A DNA stretch of 47,727 nucleotides from IMG/VR virus record IMGVR_UViG_3300035501_000524. The stretch is one strand, 5' to 3'. This stretch comes from a virus. Its lineage: Duplodnaviria; Heunggongvirae; Uroviricota; Caudoviricetes. Within the stretch, counting starts at the first letter, position 1; each line of letters opens with the position of its first letter. Shown piece by piece: positions 18,647 through 27,700 of the stretch. The position numbers and the translations under genes were made by a program. The notes beneath the pieces are model-generated. The model saw nothing but the letters and a program-made list of their open reading frames with translations. It did not search any database and was not told the DNA's origin.

Positions 18647-19108
18647 TTATTCATCAGCTTCATCTGTAGTAACTGTTAAAGTCCTTTCAGCCTTCTTTTT
18701 GACTAAATTAAATAAACGATCTCCATTGTGATTACCACCTAACCCATTATAAGCATCATGATCATTATCAATTTCTTGATACTCTTCTAAAGAAATGTCA
18801 TGATTTTCATTAAGTAACATAATACATGCTTGTTTGAATTGACGCCCTTGAAGAGACAAAATTCCCTTCTTTAAACAATTCAATTCGTCTTTTAAGTCAT
18901 CAATCTCTCCCTGGAGAACCTTATCGTCATATTGAGACTGTTGATAACTATCTGATATCTCGGCTTTCAGTTTACTATAGAATTCATTTTGTTGAGCTTT
19001 TTGTTCTTTTTTTACTAACTCCGCATATCGTTTTAAGAAGATTCCTCCACCCGTAACGATAAGTCCAAACAAAAACTCAATCCAATATTTCACAATAAAT
19101 TCTAACAT
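18647..19108 (-). CDS. Holin-like membrane protein
   Basis: N-terminal TM helix (YWIEFLFGLIVTGGGIFL), coiled-coil, C-terminal DAYNGLGGNHNG (YxxLGGN-type motif of gut-phage holin-like proteins). Confidence 0.6.
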   Translation of the reverse strand: MLEFIVKYWIEFLFGLIVTGGGIFLKRYAELVKKEQKAQQNEFYSKLKAEISDSYQQSQYDDKVLQGEIDDLKDELNCLKKGILSLQGRQFKQACIMLLNENHDISLEEYQEIDNDHDAYNGLGGNHNGDRLFNLVKKKAERTLTVTTDEADE

Positions 19109-19146
19109 AAATAAAAAAAAATTCGCCTCCTAGCCTTTTTATGTCC

Positions 19147-19194
19147 TCATAGAATATAAAAAATAGAAAGCGAATTTTAAATTAATCTGACCAA
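19147..19194 (-). promoter_or_regulatory. Candidate phage late-promoter motif copy (TTGGTCAG-N25-TTTTA-TAT)
   Basis: Same spacing as the copies at 91 and 10673; upstream of the holin-like gene. Confidence 0.4.
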
Positions 19195-19700
19195 TCAAAT
19201 CCTTTTTCAGATTCTTTCATTAAAGTATCTACTTTATCTTTTTTATTTAGAAGATAAGAACCAATACAAATCGCATCTGATTCATCTTGCGTTGCTTTTA
19301 TTCCATATACATTAGTAACATAAGCTTGCGCGTTTCGCTTCTGCTCTTGGCGAGTTCTCCCTTTTATTCCAAGTGCAGATTTCCAAGAGCTAGCTAATAC
19401 AGATGTATTAGGTAAATCCAATTCAGTTACCAATTCATAAATAATTCCATAAACCTCTGCTAAAGCTTTAAAAGTCTGAACATTATTGCCAACATTAGAT
19501 TGAAGTTGGATATCTTCAAAAATAACTTCTTCAATACCATAGTCAGCAATTAATTTAGCAACAGCTTCACGTATTCTAAATAATCTTTCCCCAAGACTTT
19601 CATTATTAAAACTTAATTTTCCAAAAGTCTCTAATTTTCCATCAATAAAAACCGCATATCCAGAAACTTTACTTGCTTGATCTAAAGCTAACAATCTCAT
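19182..19700 (-). CDS. ruvC: RuvC-like Holliday junction resolvase
   Basis: LLALDQASKVSGYAV, VIFEDIQ and DESDAICIG provide the RNase H-fold acidic residues. Confidence 0.8.
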   Translation of the reverse strand: MRLLALDQASKVSGYAVFIDGKLETFGKLSFNNESLGERLFRIREAVAKLIADYGIEEVIFEDIQLQSNVGNNVQTFKALAEVYGIIYELVTELDLPNTSVLASSWKSALGIKGRTRQEQKRNAQAYVTNVYGIKATQDESDAICIGSYLLNKKDKVDTLMKESEKGFDWSD

Positions 19701-20272
19701 GTAGCTGACTGTAACACATCTTGATCTGCGTATGAGGTGGATCCAAAGCCACCAACCCTAAGCCCACCTTCAACATCATCTTCTGTTTTCAGATAAGGCT
19801 TAATAATACCTTGACCAATAGCGTCACCTTTCTTCAATAAAATTGGATAAGGGGAAAGGTTAATCAACTGAAAGAAAATTTCTCCTTCATTATCTTGATT
19901 ATTATAGTAATCACCATCAATGATTCCAACTCCATTAGCCAAAAGAAGCCAATATTTTAAAGGAGAAGAACTGCGCACACTAAGTTCAAGATAAGTGCCC
20001 GGCTCAAGCTTGCATTTAATTCCTGTTGGAACTAAAGTCGGTTTTGCTTTATATTTCTTAGTCAATGTTGCAACTTCATCAATAGTTTTAATTTTTTCTT
20101 CACTAATTGGAAGTCTGTCCGCGATTCTTAGAGTATCATATAAAGTTTCATATGGCATAATAACTGTATCTGCGGCAACCGTAAAATCATAACCTGCGGC
20201 TTCCTTAGTTTTTCTTACAGGAAGCTGAATATCAGCATCCGCATATTTACTAACTACTTCAAATTTCGCCAT
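19697..20272 (-). CDS. dut: Trimeric dUTPase
   Basis: AAGYDF, RSS, GIIDGDY, IGQGII and GGFGST motifs. Confidence 0.95.
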   Translation of the reverse strand: MAKFEVVSKYADADIQLPVRKTKEAAGYDFTVAADTVIMPYETLYDTLRIADRLPISEEKIKTIDEVATLTKKYKAKPTLVPTGIKCKLEPGTYLELSVRSSSPLKYWLLLANGVGIIDGDYYNNQDNEGEIFFQLINLSPYPILLKKGDAIGQGIIKPYLKTEDDVEGGLRVGGFGSTSYADQDVLQSAT

Positions 20273-20274
20273 AT

Positions 20275-20523
20275 TTAAAACCCACTTCCATACTGAACAT
20301 CAATATGCTCTTCTGGATCTTTCTCTTCGTTAAAAGTAATTTTTGCTTTAACCACCTGATACTCTTCGATAATTTCGCCTTTAGCTTTAATATATTTCGT
20401 TGTATAACTAAAGCTAGTAAGCTCGCCGCAATCAATCTGTTCAAGTTCTTTTCTTAATGCCAGAGCGTCTTCTACTGTTGGAACTCTGTAAGTATTTACA
20501 CTATTAATTAAATATTTATCCAT
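20275..20523 (-). CDS. Hypothetical protein
   Basis: Packed ORF with GAGGT RBS in the - strand operon. Confidence 0.75.
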   Translation of the reverse strand: MDKYLINSVNTYRVPTVEDALALRKELEQIDCGELTSFSYTTKYIKAKGEIIEEYQVVKAKITFNEEKDPEEHIDVQYGSGF

Positions 20524-20525
20524 AA

Positions 20526-20813
20526 TTAAAATACCTCTACTTTTAATTCATTATTTGAAAATTGTGTTGTTTTATAAAGATTTTCTACTATGTCGCTTAA
20601 ATATTCTTTATCTCCTTCAAGTATTATATGTGGAATATTTAAAGCATAACTTAAATCATTTAAATTATCTACTAATTCCCATAATGGAGATTTTGCTGTT
20701 TCTATAATTTTATCATCTTGTACAATAAAAATAGTTTGATCTATCACAAAATAATCTACTGTACATACAAGTTTATTATCCACGGAAAGTAACAACTCCT
20801 TTATCATACTCAA
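20526..20813 (-). CDS. Hypothetical protein (start uncertain; may begin downstream of 20813)
   Basis: Packed ORF overlapping the end of the upstream gene; internal AAGGAG before a GTG. Confidence 0.65.
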   Translation of the reverse strand: MSMIKELLLSVDNKLVCTVDYFVIDQTIFIVQDDKIIETAKSPLWELVDNLNDLSYALNIPHIILEGDKEYLSDIVENLYKTTQFSNNELKVEVF

Positions 20814-21282
20814 ACAAATATAAACAAGTTACATTTTCTTTTTGTTTTACCCAAATTTCAAGTGCATTATCAACTTGATTTTCAGACAATGAGACTAACT
20901 CTCCTACACTTTGTAAGCAATCAACTACTGCTAATCCTAAATTATCATATTCAAGATTATCGCCAGTCCTTGAGAATAACGTAAAATAACTAATCTCTTT
21001 TCCATAAAGCATAAAATATTTATTATCTGAGGATTCTGCCATCTTGTTGATAGAATCTATCATATCTTTAATTTGTTCTTGATTATATATTGGTAGCTGA
21101 GAAATGATTTGTTTATTCATATCGTATAGATTTAATTCTAAACCATCAGATTTAATATTCATTGCTTTCCAGCCTTTATTCCACACATAAAATTCTTTTT
21201 CATCTTCAATCCAAGCAATTTCGCCAGGCTCAAAATATAAAAGAGGATTATCTAACTCTTTTCTAGTTTGAAAAGTAACCAT
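20776..21282 (-). CDS. Hypothetical protein
   Basis: AAAGGAG RBS and an upstream sigma-A promoter. Confidence 0.8.
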   Translation of the reverse strand: MVTFQTRKELDNPLLYFEPGEIAWIEDEKEFYVWNKGWKAMNIKSDGLELNLYDMNKQIISQLPIYNQEQIKDMIDSINKMAESSDNKYFMLYGKEISYFTLFSRTGDNLEYDNLGLAVVDCLQSVGELVSLSENQVDNALEIWVKQKENVTCLYLFEYDKGVVTFRG

Positions 21283-21311
21283 CTACTATGCTCCTTTCTT
21301 ATTTTAAATAT

Positions 21312-21340
21312 ATTATATCAAAAAATATGTTAAAAGTCAA
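21312..21340 (-). promoter_or_regulatory. Sigma-A promoter (TTGACT-17-TATAAT, extended -10 TG)
   Basis: Near-consensus boxes with 17-bp spacer, overlapping the nrdG stop. Confidence 0.8.
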
Positions 21341-21812
21341 AAGGTGCATAATAAATGTTCTGATTACTAGAACCTCTTAAAAATAAAGTCGTATCTCTTA
21401 AAGATTCAACATAAGGCCCATCAATTAGAGCATCAATATTATCTAAGATACTTTTTACTTTTGGAAAATTACTTTCTTTTAAATTTTCCAAAGTGTATCC
21501 TGTCCATAGGTAGATCTTCACATTTGGTAATTTTTCTTTGATAGAATTAACTACAAGTAAAGTCAGTAATTGGTTTTCTGGACAGAGAGGCTCTCCTCCC
21601 ATAATACATAAATTCCGTTTTATTCCATTTGCCGTTAAAGCATTAACAATCTCTTGAATTGTTTCTGGAGTAAATTCTTTTCCACCATCAAAGTCCCATG
21701 TCTCGGGGTTATGACACCCCGGACATCTATGAGGACAACCTTGAGTAAAGAATGAAACAGAAACTCCAGGAGCAGCGGCAAAATCATTTTTTATAATGCC
21801 TGCATAATTCAT
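21330..21812 (-). CDS. nrdG: Anaerobic ribonucleotide reductase activase (radical SAM)
   Basis: FTQGCPHRCPGCHNPETW (CX3CX2C), GGEP, DGPYV...LRGSSNQ; adjacent to nrdD. Confidence 0.95.
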   Translation of the reverse strand: MNYAGIIKNDFAAAPGVSVSFFTQGCPHRCPGCHNPETWDFDGGKEFTPETIQEIVNALTANGIKRNLCIMGGEPLCPENQLLTLLVVNSIKEKLPNVKIYLWTGYTLENLKESNFPKVKSILDNIDALIDGPYVESLRDTTLFLRGSSNQNIYYAPFDF

Positions 21813-24061
21813 TCTAAGTAACCTCCATGCTTAACCCTATGATGCACTTCGTCTTGCTTACCCAAATTAAAAGCTGTTGTATAATTACCAGTTAAATAAC
21901 CGGTTACACGACGTAATTGCTGAATATGATGACTTCCGCAAACTGGGCAAGTATCATTAAATTCATCGCAGTATCCACAATCAAGGCAAGTATCATTAGG
22001 TACATTGACCGCAAAGTATGGAATATCATGATCCATAGCATAATTAACTACTTGTTCTAATCCTTCAAGATTATTTTTAATTCCACAATCAAGCTCTACG
22101 TAAGTAATACATCCCGCAGAACTGTAGCCAGTAAGCTGTGATTCAATATCAATTTTATCAAAAGGACTTATTTTTTTCCATACTGGAACATGAATTGAGT
22201 TTGTAAAAAATTCTTTATCTGATACATTAGGAATTTCTCCATATTTATCTTTGAATTTCTTTAAAGAGGTATAACATAAATTCTCAGCCGGAGTATAATA
22301 AACTCCAAAATTTAATTTATATTCTTCTTTAAATTCAGCACATCTAGTTTTAAATAATTGTTCAATCTGTTTAGCTAACTCCATACCTTCTTTTGTAGTA
22401 TGATCTTTACCGATAAGAATTTGGAGAGTTTCAGCTAATCCAATTTGCCCAATAGCTAAAGTACCATGCTTAAGGGCTGATCTAATCCCTTCTTCTGGAA
22501 CATATCCTGCCATTACTCCATTCTCATACATAAACTTAGCAGAATCCGCAGACTGAGAACAAATCCAATCAAAACGTTCAATTAGCATATCTTTTGCTTC
22601 ATGGATTTTAATATCTAATAAATCCATAAATTCTTCAATTAAATTATATCCAGATTCTTCATCATTAGATAGTTTACTTAAAGTTTTTATTTTTTCTTTT
22701 GTTTCCATAGCTAACGTGGGCATAATAATTGTTACAGGACAAATATTTCCACGTCCATCTTTTCTCTGATCCAGACCATTAACATCCCAACCATTGGCTG
22801 TTCTGCATCCCATCGTTGAGAAATAAGTACATGGATCATTTATATCATATCCTTCATTGCCGCTCCAATCAACATTTGCATAATTTGGATAAAGTCTCTG
22901 CGCTGTTGATTTTAAAGCTAACTGAAATAAGTCATAATTTGGATCTCCTGGCTGTCTATTAACACCTTTCATACACTGGAAAATTCCGCATGGGAAAATT
23001 GAAGTTTTATGAAGTTTACCAATACCTTCAATAGATACTTCCAATAGAGCTTTAGTAATAATTCTTCCTTCTTCTAATGTACAAGTTCCATAGTTAATAG
23101 AAGTAAAAGGTAACTGATTGCCAGAGCGAGATTGTAATGTATTTAGATTGTGATACATCCCTTCAACTGCTTGATAAATTTCTTTAAGAGTCATATCCAT
23201 GGCATATTTATAGGTTTTGGGCCAGTTTAAGTATACTTCATCAGTAATAGAACGATTACTATTATCTGGCATAATACTCCAAGACTGATTTTCAAGATAT
23301 GTCATACCGTCTTTGAAATGTTTCCAGAAGCTCTTTCTTACGTAAGGTACCATAGTCCAGTCAAGATGAGTAGCACTAACCCCACCAAATTGCTGTAAAG
23401 ATTGCAATTGGAAAATAACAGCCACAAGCTGGAAAGCAGTGTTAACACTATTAGCGGGCCGCACATCTGTCTGTCTTGTATTAAACCCATTCGCCAACAA
23501 ATCATCAAAAGGTATAGAGAGACAATTATGCATACCAACAGCGTAACTATCAAGATCATGTATATAGATTTCATTATTTAAGTGATTCTCCCTTGCTTTT
23601 TTAGAGATAATGAAATTTAGCGCATAGTCTTTTGTCATTACGCTATTAGCTTCACCCATACGACCTCCAAAAGAATGTTCATCAACATTAGCATTTTGAT
23701 TCTGAACATTACTTGCGGTTAATTTTTCACTAATAGCTTTAATGAATTCATCATTATGATTTCTTGCGGCTTCTCTCTTATAGCGATAACGAATATACGC
23801 TTTCGCTACATCTCTACGCTCAGAGCGCATTAAGAAGTCTTCAACCATATCTTGAATCTTTTCAACATCAACAGCGGCTAAATCTTTTTTAATTTTGCTC
23901 ATATCTTGTAGAGCAATTTGAATATCTTCTGCAATATCTTCAGCAGTGTCAGTCTCATATAAAGTTCCATCAACTTCAATCATAGCACTATTTACTGCAT
24001 TAATAATTTTTTGTTTATCAAAAGGTACTGAAGTACCATCTCTTTTTATAATATTTAACAT
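21809..24061 (-). CDS. nrdD: Anaerobic (class III) ribonucleoside-triphosphate reductase with N-terminal ATP cone
   Basis: IIKRDGTSVPFDKQKI ATP cone; IYIHDLD; TPAENLC; CLDCGY...CPVCGS; RRVTGYL glycyl-radical motif. Confidence 0.97.
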   Translation of the reverse strand: MLNIIKRDGTSVPFDKQKIINAVNSAMIEVDGTLYETDTAEDIAEDIQIALQDMSKIKKDLAAVDVEKIQDMVEDFLMRSERRDVAKAYIRYRYKREAARNHNDEFIKAISEKLTASNVQNQNANVDEHSFGGRMGEANSVMTKDYALNFIISKKARENHLNNEIYIHDLDSYAVGMHNCLSIPFDDLLANGFNTRQTDVRPANSVNTAFQLVAVIFQLQSLQQFGGVSATHLDWTMVPYVRKSFWKHFKDGMTYLENQSWSIMPDNSNRSITDEVYLNWPKTYKYAMDMTLKEIYQAVEGMYHNLNTLQSRSGNQLPFTSINYGTCTLEEGRIITKALLEVSIEGIGKLHKTSIFPCGIFQCMKGVNRQPGDPNYDLFQLALKSTAQRLYPNYANVDWSGNEGYDINDPCTYFSTMGCRTANGWDVNGLDQRKDGRGNICPVTIIMPTLAMETKEKIKTLSKLSNDEESGYNLIEEFMDLLDIKIHEAKDMLIERFDWICSQSADSAKFMYENGVMAGYVPEEGIRSALKHGTLAIGQIGLAETLQILIGKDHTTKEGMELAKQIEQLFKTRCAEFKEEYKLNFGVYYTPAENLCYTSLKKFKDKYGEIPNVSDKEFFTNSIHVPVWKKISPFDKIDIESQLTGYSSAGCITYVELDCGIKNNLEGLEQVVNYAMDHDIPYFAVNVPNDTCLDCGYCDEFNDTCPVCGSHHIQQLRRVTGYLTGNYTTAFNLGKQDEVHHRVKHGGYLE

Positions 24062-24071
24062 TTAATCCCTC

Positions 24072-24118
24072 CGTCTAAATATAGTATAGTCCATAGGGGC
24101 CTACACTATATTTAGAGT
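24072..24118. promoter_or_regulatory. Tandem NrdR boxes (24072-24087 and 24103-24118)
   Basis: CGTCTAAATATAGTAT and ACACTATATTTAGAGT fit acaCwAtATaTwGtgt; they are 31 bp apart and the proximal box abuts the nrdD RBS. Confidence 0.8.
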
Positions 24119-24149
24119 TTGTTATTATTTTATTATCTTATTTTGTCCT

Positions 24150-24707
24150 TTATGCGGTCTCATGGGCAAGTTCAAGAATCTTTTTAATTCCTAAACTTAA
24201 ATCAGATTCAGTTTCATTTATAATATCTTCATATTTAAAATCCAATTCTTCCCCATCAAAGTCAAGCATATCAGCTCTAAAACGTCTAATTATTTCATTA
24301 ACATCTGGATCAGATTCTCTATTGAGTTGGCGTAAGAGTCTCGTCTTATCTGAGGCTTGCACATAAAATACATGCACATCAACATTTTTATTATGTAATA
24401 AAGACTCTATTCCAGCTGGATTAAAAACTCCAATATTCCAAATATCTGATCTTAATGATTCAAAACCTGTTCCATAAAACCAATCATTAAAACATGTTGC
24501 TTCTAACATTTCTCCTTTTAGAACCTTGTCTCCAAAAGTTTCTGGGTCTAAAAAGAAATAATTAATACCATCTATCTCACCTTCTCTTGGTGGTCTTGTA
24601 GTACAGCTAACAATCTCATGCAAAGTACAATCTTTCTCTAATACCTTTTGCAAAATTGTATCTTTACCAGACCCCGCTTTGCCAATTATTGCAATAATCT
24701 TATACAT
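24150..24707 (-). CDS. gmk: Guanylate kinase-like nucleotide kinase (start re-called at ATG 24707)
   Basis: GKAGSGKDT P-loop; VSCTTRPPREGEIDGINYFF; AGGAGGT RBS before MYKII. Confidence 0.88.
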   Translation of the reverse strand: MYKIIAIIGKAGSGKDTILQKVLEKDCTLHEIVSCTTRPPREGEIDGINYFFLDPETFGDKVLKGEMLEATCFNDWFYGTGFESLRSDIWNIGVFNPAGIESLLHNKNVDVHVFYVQASDKTRLLRQLNRESDPDVNEIIRRFRADMLDFDGEELDFKYEDIINETESDLSLGIKKILELAHETA

Positions 24708-24729
24708 TATACCTCCTTTTGGAAGAGGA

Positions 24730-27700
24730 TTACTCCTCTTCCAAATCACCTTGATATCTATGATCTCTTAATCGGATTCTTCCATCTTCATATATTTCAT
24801 CAATTTTGTATAACTGATGACCACCAGAAGATGCATATTTCTTAGAAATAAAATCATCTCCAGAGCGAATACCCATTACTACAATCATATTACCTCTATT
24901 AAACCAAGATTTTTCAACCACATGTTTTACTCCATCATCGCCTTTAATTGAAATTTGTTTATCAAATAAAGCAAAATATTCTTTTCTAAACTTAACATTT
25001 ACAACTCCAGAAGTGGTTAATAAGGTAACTGTACTCTTTGCTTTATTCTTAGCAATACATGTGCCGCAAATCTTATTTAATTTAAAGATGTTAATTGTCT
25101 TTCCACCTTTGGTGAAAGTTCTTTCAACTACTGGATTTTCTGGAAGCTTAAAGAAATCACTAAAACCATATAAAGTATTATTTACATGCGCTAATTCATG
25201 CTCGTGATAATAAAAACATAATGCTTCCATTTCCCATGCAGATATTGTTCCTTTGGCATATTTTTGCCAATCATCCATAAAGATTTTAGAATTAAGCTCA
25301 TTTAAAATGGCTTCTTTATCTGCGGCAATCCAAACTCTAAAGACGTCCATCCAACTCTGATAATATTTATCCCATGCTTTTACATCAAGATAATATCCTA
25401 ATCCATCACATGTAATTAAGTCATTCATTTCTATTTCAGATAAGAAATTAAAGGCTCTATCGTCAAGTGTATAATATGTCATAGCTTTATTTGGTCTACA
25501 CATTGCTTTTAAGTATCTATTAAATTCATAGATTCTTCTTGCCATAACTCTTTCATCTGTATCTTCTGGAAGAAGATTATGTCGAATCAAACCAGGAAGA
25601 TTCTGCAATGTAAGTCTCTTTTTCTTATCACATGTTTCCCAGATATACCATCCCATACACTGACGACGATCCATCATATCATCAAAAGCTCCACCTTTAA
25701 TAAGCGAAATCATTGCTTGCTTTCCGGGATGAACTTTATTTAAAAAGTCTCTAGGAGAAACATAAGGTCTATTCTTAATTGTCGCTTCAATTATATCATC
25801 ACCAACATTCAACATAGCTTTCATGCCATAAAGAATCCTATGATTTTCTGCATCTGGCTTAAATCCAAAATCTGAATGATTAATATTTACTAAACTAAGA
25901 TTAATACCAGCATTAATAATTTCACCCATAGCTTTTGCAATTTTACCATAATCAGTTTGTCCTGCATTTTCTGGATCAGTTGCGCCACTATTTACAATCA
26001 AACAAGCTGTGTTCCAATAAATAGGATCCCAGTTAGTTGCAATAAATAATGTCTGAACACCGATGAAAGAATAAGCTAATGCGTGTATGCATTATTATAA
26101 AAATAACTGACTATTTTTTACAGTCGTAGTAGTGAAGTTGGTAAGGCTTCTTGACTGCACACTATTTCCCAGAACGTATCAATAGTTCCAGTACTCCCGG
26201 TCTAATCCAGGATAGTCGATACAACATTTCAAGTTTAAAAGGTTTATTTTTTATTTTCTTAAAGGATAAGAAAGATTTTCTTTTTTATGCGCTCGTCCTG
26301 CATTAATATTTTTTACAGTTGAATAACTTTTATTCCATTTTATAGCAATTTTATTAAGAGATAAATCAGTTTCTAAAATATCTTTTATAATTCCATTTAC
26401 CCAAATTTGATTATTTTCCTTTCTACTTCCTTTATTACAAAGTGGATAAGTATCTTCTTCACTATAAAAATATTTTCCAGTATTTATCATTGATAAAAAA
26501 CCAGCGCTTTTAATATTAAAATCTTTTTGTATACTAGAATATTTTTCCCCTGATTTAATTCTATTTTTAATTTCTCTAATCTCTTTTTGAGAAAATCTGC
26601 TTTTAGCATTTTTCTTTAATGGATAATTAAAATCAGGATTATAAAAATTAGCTCCTGTATTAATATTAACTAAAAAAGTTCTTTTTAATTTTGGAGAATA
26701 AATTTTTTCGATATCATCATATTCTTCATCATTTATTAATCTCCTCTGAATATCTTTAATCTCTTCTCCTGTAAATAATTTAGAACGTTGCAATTTTTCT
26801 AAATAAGTTAATGGAGGTTTTGAACATCCATCTCCACCTTTAGTTAAGTTATATCCATTTTCAGTAGTTAAAGAGTGAAAATGTTCAATAAAATAAATTT
26901 CTCTATCATTTATAAAATCTTTTGATTCTCCATCTGCAATTTCTTCTAAAACTTCATATGAAAAATTATTCATTCCATATTTCCTAATTGCGCAATGAAA
27001 AGGTAAATAATATCCATTACTTTTAATATTAAAAGCTTCACTTTTATGCCCATTAAATCTTTTTTGCAAATCATTTGTTTGTCCAATATAAATCTTTCCA
27101 TTTATCTTATTGGTATATTTATAAATATAATACATATTTCTCCCTCCTCTCTGTGGATATTTGAAAATTTTAATACCTCTTTTAAACTGATTTGTCACGA
27201 GATTTTACCCTCGTTAGCAATTAATCATTGATTTTACCAGAATCAATTTTCAATTAATTACCCCGATGATGAATCGGTTAAGTGTGTAAGCGCCATTTAC
27301 ACAACGCTGAATGAATAACCCATCTGTGGACCTGCACCATATTTCCAGATATATTCTCCCAATTTTTTGGAAGTCGCCTTAGATAAAACTTTTGCTTTCA
27401 ATTCTGGAATCTTTGACATCTGCTTCTTACCAACAATTTTACGAGCCGCATTTGCTTCACCAAGAGAAAAACCGCAAATATCTTTATCCATTAACATTCT
27501 CATTAATTGCTCCTGGCTTGGTGGAACTCCATATGATTGTTTAAAATAAGGTTCAATAGTTTTTTGCTCTTCTTTTGTTAGACCAAAATTATCCATTTCT
27601 TTATACCATAAGCTAATATCTTTCTTATACTTACAGTATTTTACCATTGGGCGTTCCTCACCTTCTTCTCCAGTGAGTCGCATAAGACCATTCGCATCTG

